Below, piece by piece: positions 27,357-32,000 of a stretch of 32,000 bases of DNA (positions are counted from its first letter, which is position 1; every line of letters begins with the position of its first letter). Below the pieces are notes generated by a model. The model worked only from the letters and a program-made list of their open reading frames with translations. It did no database searches and had not been told where the DNA came from. Source of the stretch: Pseudomonas aeruginosa (GTDB lineage: Bacteria; Pseudomonadota; Gammaproteobacteria; Pseudomonadales; Pseudomonadaceae). A program made the translations under genes and the position numbers. The stretch spans positions 3,090,001-3,122,000 of the forward strand of contig NZ_LN831024.1 of the NCBI RefSeq assembly GCF_001457615.1. Direction: 5' to 3'.

Positions 27357-27947
27357 ATGCGCAATCTGGAAACCGCAACCCTGAAGCTGGGGATATTCCA
27401 TCCCCACGACAGCCTGAGCCAGGCGCTGATCGCCGCCGCCCTGCAGCGGCAGATCGAAGTCAGCGCCTTGCAAGCCGACCTCAACAGCCTGCAGGCGCGC
27501 CCCGGGCTGCGCTGCAAGCCAGCCAGCCTGGCGTCGTCGATCGAGGTCAGCCAGGCGGCGGCCGGTCTCGACCTGCTGTTCGCGCCGTTGTCCGACTACG
27601 CCGCCGAAGCCTTGCCGCCGATCTGCGCCGCGCTGATCGATGGCGCCCTGCGCGCCGAGGTACCGCGCCTGTTCCTGCTTGGCCATTGGCAATGGCTGGT
27701 GGCGCCGCGCGATGCCGGCGAGGAGCAACTGGGTGCCGGGCTCGAGCGCAGCCTCACGGTCAGCGGCCTGGACTGGACGCTGGTGGAGGTCCCGAGCCTG
27801 CCCGCCGGCCTGCGCATCGACGATTTCAGCCGCGCCGGCGACGTCGCGGAAGTGGAGGCCGCCAGGGTGTTCGCCTGCGCCGAAGCGCTGCTCGACGAAG
27901 TCCGTCTCGGCCTGCACAAGCGCCAGTGCCTGCGCCTGGCGCCCTGA
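27357..27947 (+). CDS. Hypothetical protein (196 aa)
   Basis: MRNLETATLKLGIFHPHDSLSQALIAAALQRQIEVSALQADLNSLQ...; possibly NAD-epimerase-like alpha/beta, but not assignable. Confidence 0.75.
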   Translation: MRNLETATLKLGIFHPHDSLSQALIAAALQRQIEVSALQADLNSLQARPGLRCKPASLASSIEVSQAAAGLDLLFAPLSDYAAEALPPICAALIDGALRAEVPRLFLLGHWQWLVAPRDAGEEQLGAGLERSLTVSGLDWTLVEVPSLPAGLRIDDFSRAGDVAEVEAARVFACAEALLDEVRLGLHKRQCLRLAP

Positions 27948-27959
27948 GGAGAACCCGCC

Positions 27960-28307
27960 ATGTCCGGACCCGATACCCTCAGCCAGGCCTTCGGCACCCT
28001 GCTGCTGGCCCTGGCCTTCAGCGCCTTCATCGTTTTCGTTCGCGGCTACCGCCCGGGCGGGGTCAGCGGCGCCTGGTACGACCTGGTGCTCGCCTTCGTC
28101 GCGGTATGGCTGGCGTTCTGGCCCGAAGCCGGCGTACTCGCACGCTCGCCGAGCCTGGCCAATGCCCTGGGGTTGGTCTTGCAGGTCGGCGCTACCCTGC
28201 TCGGCTGCCTGCTCGGTTACGGGGTGGCAAGGGGATTGCGGCGGGCGATGCGGGAAACCCGGCAAAAAAGATCGGCTTCTTCGCCAACGAGCCGGCGAGG
28301 TTCCTAG
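27960..28307 (+). CDS. Small integral membrane protein (115 aa), hypothetical
   Basis: MSGPDTLSQAFGTLLLALAFSAFIVFVRGYRPGG...; 3 TM-like segments. Confidence 0.75.
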   Translation: MSGPDTLSQAFGTLLLALAFSAFIVFVRGYRPGGVSGAWYDLVLAFVAVWLAFWPEAGVLARSPSLANALGLVLQVGATLLGCLLGYGVARGLRRAMRETRQKRSASSPTSRRGS

Positions 28308-28635
28308 AGGAAATATCGAGAAAATCCATATAACCATATGGGCGAAAAGCTCTTTCGAATGCCCATAAGGAGCGCCGAACGGGCTTTTCGCCCGTCATGA
28401 TCGCACTCCGACATGAGCGTTCTGCACGACTTCTTGCATTCTGCATCCCGCGCCTCATGCGGGATACAGCTTATCCCGCAGATTCTGGATGTGGCCGGTA
28501 TTTCATCGGCGCGGCGCCTATAGTTATCCCTACCGTTGTACGTATCGACGGTTTCTCTCTGATTCAGGCTAATCCCGCTCCAGGGACGGAGTGGATCTTT
28601 TTCTTGCGCTTCGCGAACTGGGGAGACCTGACCAG

Positions 28636-28899
28636 ATGAACCTTTCCTACCTGTACCTGAAGAAGATCCTCGAGGAGGAACTGCGCGACCACGACTGCCA
28701 GTGCCAACTGAACCCCGACTTCACGGTGACCATCAGTTGCCGCGTCGACGGCCCCCACGGCGCGCTCTACATCGTGCCCAACAGCGACTTCCTGAAGAGC
28801 AGCAGCTTCAGCGACCTCAGCGCCTTCATCCTCAACCTGCGCGAGGAAATCAGGCGCTTCGGCGAGTTCGAGGCGGAACTCCAGACCGGCACCGGCTGA
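28636..28899 (+). CDS. DUF1652 family protein (87 aa)
   Basis: MNLSYLYLKKILEEELRDHDCQCQLNPDFTVTISCRVDGPHGALYIVPNSDFLKSSSFSDLSAFILNLREEIR. Confidence 0.75.
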   Translation: MNLSYLYLKKILEEELRDHDCQCQLNPDFTVTISCRVDGPHGALYIVPNSDFLKSSSFSDLSAFILNLREEIRRFGEFEAELQTGTG

Positions 28900-28931
28900 G
28901 CCCCTCCCCCCTTCTTTTTCCCCTCCCGCCG

Positions 28932-29153
28932 TCAGGGCTGCTGGTAGTGTCCCGGCGTGGTGCCCGGCTCATGGGTACGCTCCACCTTGCTGACCTGGAT
29001 ATCGCTGATCGCCTCGGCGTCGTGCGGTCGATGCAGTGCCTCCAAGTGGCGGCGGGCCTCTTCGCGGCTGAGGGTATCCGCCTCGCTGTGCAATTCGCAG
29101 GTCATCGGCTGGTCGTCGAGGATGTAGCTGATCAGGAACAGATGGCTGGCCAT
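28932..29153 (-). CDS. Hypothetical protein (73 aa)
   Basis: MASHLFLISYILDDQPMTCELHSEADTLSREEARRHLEALHRPHDAEAISDIQVSKVERTHEP... Confidence 0.7.
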   Translation of the reverse strand: MASHLFLISYILDDQPMTCELHSEADTLSREEARRHLEALHRPHDAEAISDIQVSKVERTHEPGTTPGHYQQP

Positions 29154-29208
29154 CGTCTCGCCCTCCTCTCTTCGATGGGCCCTGCGCCTGGCGCAGGGCC
29201 CATGGCTA

Positions 29209-29559
29209 TCACGGCAGGTTCGGCGGCAGTTCGGCGTCCAGCGCAGCGTCCTGCCGCGAGTCGTCGCGCTGGCGCTCCTGCAGGCGCTGCAGGCGGCGGG
29301 TCAGGTGCTGCACCTCTTCGCGCAGCAACTGCAACTCTTCCCGCGGTTCATTGAGCAGGCCCTTGACATGGCAATGCCCACTCAACCCGCGGCTGACCAG
29401 CAGGCCGCCGGCGACCGCCTTGCAGGCGCCTGGCAAGCCACCGCGGGCCAGGCCGAAGCCGGCCAGGACCAGTCCGGCGCCGATGGAAGCGAGTCGCTCG
29501 CCGCGCTGCAGGTTGTGCGGCAGGCCATTGGCCGTCGAAGTCGGCAGGTATTCGTTCAT
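29209..29559 (-). CDS. Small membrane protein with YgaP-like TM domain and C-terminal coiled coil
   Basis: GERLASIGAGLVLAGFGLARGGLPGACKAVAGGLLVSRGLSGHC... then LQLLREEVQHLTRRLQRLQERQ. Confidence 0.75.
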   Translation of the reverse strand: MNEYLPTSTANGLPHNLQRGERLASIGAGLVLAGFGLARGGLPGACKAVAGGLLVSRGLSGHCHVKGLLNEPREELQLLREEVQHLTRRLQRLQERQRDDSRQDAALDAELPPNLP

Positions 29560-29585
29560 GGAATTCTCCTTGCTTCGGTTATCGG

Positions 29586-30662
29586 TCAGGCTTCGTCGTC
29601 CGGCGGTTGCACGAGGAACTCGACCAGCGTCCGCCGGCAAGCCTCGATGCCCTCTTCCAGGACGATCTCGAAACCGTGGGTGTTCTCGGTCGGAATGCCG
29701 ATGCAGCCGACCTGCGCGGCCTCGCCGTGGCTCAGCAGCGCGCTGGCGTCCGAGGCGAAGTCCACCAGCAGCGCCGCCTGCGGCTGGTACTGGCAGCGTT
29801 CGGCGGCGCGCAACAGGCGGTCGGTGACATGGCGGCTGTAATAACCCTTGGAGTCGCCGCTGTTGACGATCGGGTCGCGGCACAGCCGGGTGCCGTATTC
29901 GGCTACCGTTGGGCCGACTTCCACCGCGATGCTGATGTCGCCCGGCAGTCGGCGCGCGGCGAACAGCGCGCCGGCGTTACTCTCCTCCTCCATGGTGGTG
30001 AGCACCAGGTAGAGGTCGCCGTGCAACTCATCGCGGCGCCGGGCGATCTCGCGAGCCACGCCGAGCACTGCGAGCAGCGGTGCGCGGTCGTCGAGGAAGT
30101 GCGCGGCGACGCAATCCTGGAAGTACAACGGGCGCCGCCACAGACGGTTGAGCACCACGCGGGTACCCGGTCGCACGCCCAGGTTCGCCAGCTCCTCGGC
30201 GCTGCGCCGGGTGACCACGTGTACGTCGCGCCAGTGCACCGCGCCCGAGAGCACGTCGGAGCCCTGCGGCGACTCGCCGGTAGCATGCATGCTGCCGTAG
30301 GACAGCACGCCGTCGAGTACCGCCTCGCCGGCCAGGATCTGTACCGGACAGACGCCGAAGCTCACCGGCTGGGCGCCGCCGAGCGCCACTACGCGCAGGG
30401 TACCGTCGGCCTCGACGCGCTTGACGATCATGGCGATCTCGTCGAGGTGCGCGAGCAGCCGCACCGCGGCCCGCCGCGCCTGCTCGCGCGGCAGGTGCGG
30501 CGGGCTGATGCGCGCGACCAGGTTGCCGGCGGCATCGCTGCCGACCTCGTCGCAACAGCCCTCGAGTTCCCGCTGGCAGATGGCCCTGACCTCGTCTTCC
30601 TGGCCACCGGGGCCACGTGCCAGCAGGAGTTCCTCGAGCAAGGCGCGGTCTTCTTCGCGCAT
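29586..30662 (-). CDS. M42-family metallopeptidase/aminopeptidase-like hydrolase
   Basis: LLLARGPGGQEDEVR, LLAHLDEIAMIVK, FLDDRAPLLAVLGVARE, TTMEEESNAGA. Confidence 0.88.
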   Translation of the reverse strand: MREEDRALLEELLLARGPGGQEDEVRAICQRELEGCCDEVGSDAAGNLVARISPPHLPREQARRAAVRLLAHLDEIAMIVKRVEADGTLRVVALGGAQPVSFGVCPVQILAGEAVLDGVLSYGSMHATGESPQGSDVLSGAVHWRDVHVVTRRSAEELANLGVRPGTRVVLNRLWRRPLYFQDCVAAHFLDDRAPLLAVLGVAREIARRRDELHGDLYLVLTTMEEESNAGALFAARRLPGDISIAVEVGPTVAEYGTRLCRDPIVNSGDSKGYYSRHVTDRLLRAAERCQYQPQAALLVDFASDASALLSHGEAAQVGCIGIPTENTHGFEIVLEEGIEACRRTLVEFLVQPPDDEA

Positions 30663-30665
30663 GCC

Positions 30666-31136
30666 TCAGGCCGCCCGTTTTTCCAGGCGCGCTTTCAGCT
30701 CTTTCTTGTGCTGCTGCATGGCCTGGCCGAGTTGCTTGAGGGCGGCGGCGTCGAGCAATTGCCGGGCGCGTGGGAATAGTTCGCCCTCTTCCTCCTCGAT
30801 GTGGTGTTCGAGGAGTTCCTTGAGCACCTTGACCCGGCCGGCGAACTGCACGGTATCCGGGCGGGTGCGCTTGAGGTCGGGAAGGACCAGGGAATCCACC
30901 GTGCGGTGTTCCTCCTTGGCCTCGTAGTACATTTTCAGCTCTTCCTTGCCGCCGCTTTCCCTGATCGCCGGATAGAAGATGTCTTCCTCGATGGCGGTGT
31001 GCAGCACCAGTTCCAGCTCCAGCCTGCCCAGCAGCTCGCTGCGCTTCTTCAGCGCCCGTTCGGTGGTCTCGCTGAGTTCGTTGAGCAGTTTCTTCACGGT
31101 CTCGTGGTCATGGACCAGCAATTCGATGGCGTTCAT
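30666..31136 (-). CDS. Hemerythrin HHE-domain protein
   Basis: MNAIELLVHDHETVKKLLNEL, HTAIEEDIFYPAI, LLEHHIEEEEGELFPRARQ. Confidence 0.93.
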   Translation of the reverse strand: MNAIELLVHDHETVKKLLNELSETTERALKKRSELLGRLELELVLHTAIEEDIFYPAIRESGGKEELKMYYEAKEEHRTVDSLVLPDLKRTRPDTVQFAGRVKVLKELLEHHIEEEEGELFPRARQLLDAAALKQLGQAMQQHKKELKARLEKRAA

Positions 31137-31210
31137 GGTCGCTCCTCATCGGTTTGTTATCCGAGTGCTCCGGCACTCTCTCTGGCTGAGCGCGCGTTCC
31201 TCCGCCGAGT

Positions 31211-31420
31211 TCAGTCGCGAGGACGGGCGGTCGCCGCACGCGGGCCGGCGACCGCCCAGATCAGCACGCCGAGCACCGGCAGCACCGCGATCAGCAACGA
31301 CCACAGGGCTTTCGAATTCACGCTGCGATCGCTGCGGAACACGCTGACGAAGGCCCACAGGTCGTAGAAACCCACCAGCGTGGCCAGGCCGATGAGCAGG
31401 AAAGCCAGGGACTGGCTCAT
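31211..31420 (-). CDS. Small two-TM protein (PLDc_N-like)
   Basis: MSQSLAFLLIGLATLVGFYDLWAFVSVFRSDRSVNSKALWSLLIAVLPVLGVLIWAVAGPR. Confidence 0.78.
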   Translation of the reverse strand: MSQSLAFLLIGLATLVGFYDLWAFVSVFRSDRSVNSKALWSLLIAVLPVLGVLIWAVAGPRAATARPRD

Positions 31421-31446
31421 GGCGCGCTCCTCCTCGCGGGGTCGGC

Positions 31447-31899
31447 TCAGGCGCGGGCGTCGCGCAGGGCTCGGACCCGGTCGTGGTGACGGAGTACGCC
31501 CTGGTATTGGCGCTCGATCACCTGGTGGATCTCCGCCGGCAGCGATTTTTCCAGCGCCGCCTGGTAGCGGTGCTTGGCGACATCCTCGCCGCGCTCGCAT
31601 TCGTTGAGCACCGCCTCTTCGTCCTTGCCGGTGACCAGTGACTTCAGGTCGACCCAGCGCCGATGCAGGTCACCGGCGAAACTGGTGCTGTCCTTGGGTT
31701 TGCCACCCAGTTCCAGGACGATCCGCTCCAGCTCGTCGGCGGCCGCGGCGCAGTCGCGGCTCTGCTCCAGCATCGCCGCCTTCAACTGCGGGTCGCGCAG
31801 GTCCTCGGCGCAGGCGTGGAAACCGGCCTCGCCATCCTTGCTGGTTTGCAGCAGGTCGTTGAGTACGTCGAGGGTGTCGTCGAGGTTGGTCTGGTTCAT
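31447..31899 (-). CDS. DUF2383 ferritin-like protein (PA2168 family)
   Basis: LDVLNDLLQTSKDGEAGFHACAEDLRDPQLKAAMLEQSRDCAAAADELERIV... Confidence 0.87.
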   Translation of the reverse strand: MNQTNLDDTLDVLNDLLQTSKDGEAGFHACAEDLRDPQLKAAMLEQSRDCAAAADELERIVLELGGKPKDSTSFAGDLHRRWVDLKSLVTGKDEEAVLNECERGEDVAKHRYQAALEKSLPAEIHQVIERQYQGVLRHHDRVRALRDARA

Positions 31900-32000
31900 T
31901 TCGCTCTCCTTGGCCCGGAGCTGTCCGGGATTTCTCGCGTCTGTCGGCGCCGGCGCCTGCCGGCACGGAACGTGGGCAGCAACCAGCGCCCACGGAAGGT

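Noticed and set aside
25841-28333. 830-aa plus-strand ORF opposite the hybrid kinase
   Set aside because: GC-driven antisense frame (His/Gln/Glu/Ala-rich), overlapping a textbook histidine kinase and two plausible downstream genes.
29607-30779. 390-aa plus-strand ORF opposite the M42 peptidase
   Set aside because: Antisense high-GC frame without domain signature; the minus-strand peptidase has conserved metal-binding motifs.

Overview
This 32 kb high-GC window matches Pseudomonas aeruginosa chromosome, corresponding by my recollection to roughly PA2206 down to PA2168. No rRNA, tRNA, CRISPR array, integrase or transposase is visible. From left to right it holds: a partial LysR regulator; a lipoprotein; an orphan amino-acid ABC module (binding protein plus two permeases, no ATPase); a DUF1911/PoNi-like protein; a CSS/EAL phosphodiesterase; a small oxidoreductase operon with a TetR regulator; the hydrogen cyanide synthase operon hcnABC; a CBS protein; the type III effector exoY behind a good ExsA-type promoter; and a dense general-stress set. 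The stress set includes a KGG-repeat protein, a stand-alone ClpP-like protease, a Zn-alcohol dehydrogenase, a Mn catalase, a YciF-like protein, a YbdK-like ligase, a heme-oxygenase-like iron enzyme, a methyltransferase, a hybrid sensor kinase, an M42 peptidase, a hemerythrin and a DUF2383 protein. The strongest anomaly is a single-base frameshift in hcnA near 12229: the two reading frames together reconstruct exactly 104 aa plus stop. Other items worth a second look are a truncated, frame-disrupted GH13 (trehalose/alpha-glucosidase-like) 5' remnant between hcnA and exoY, a cytochrome bd subunit II (cydB-like) C-terminal remnant directly abutting the YbdK-like gene, a 14-bp motif repeated at both promoters of the TetR/oxidoreductase locus, and a structured intergenic region near 28.34-28.48 kb with mutually exclusive inverted repeats. 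I did not find a clear new defence or mobile system. The most plausible uncharacterised module is the divergent YbdK-like / iron-enzyme / methyltransferase set at 20.5-24.2 kb.
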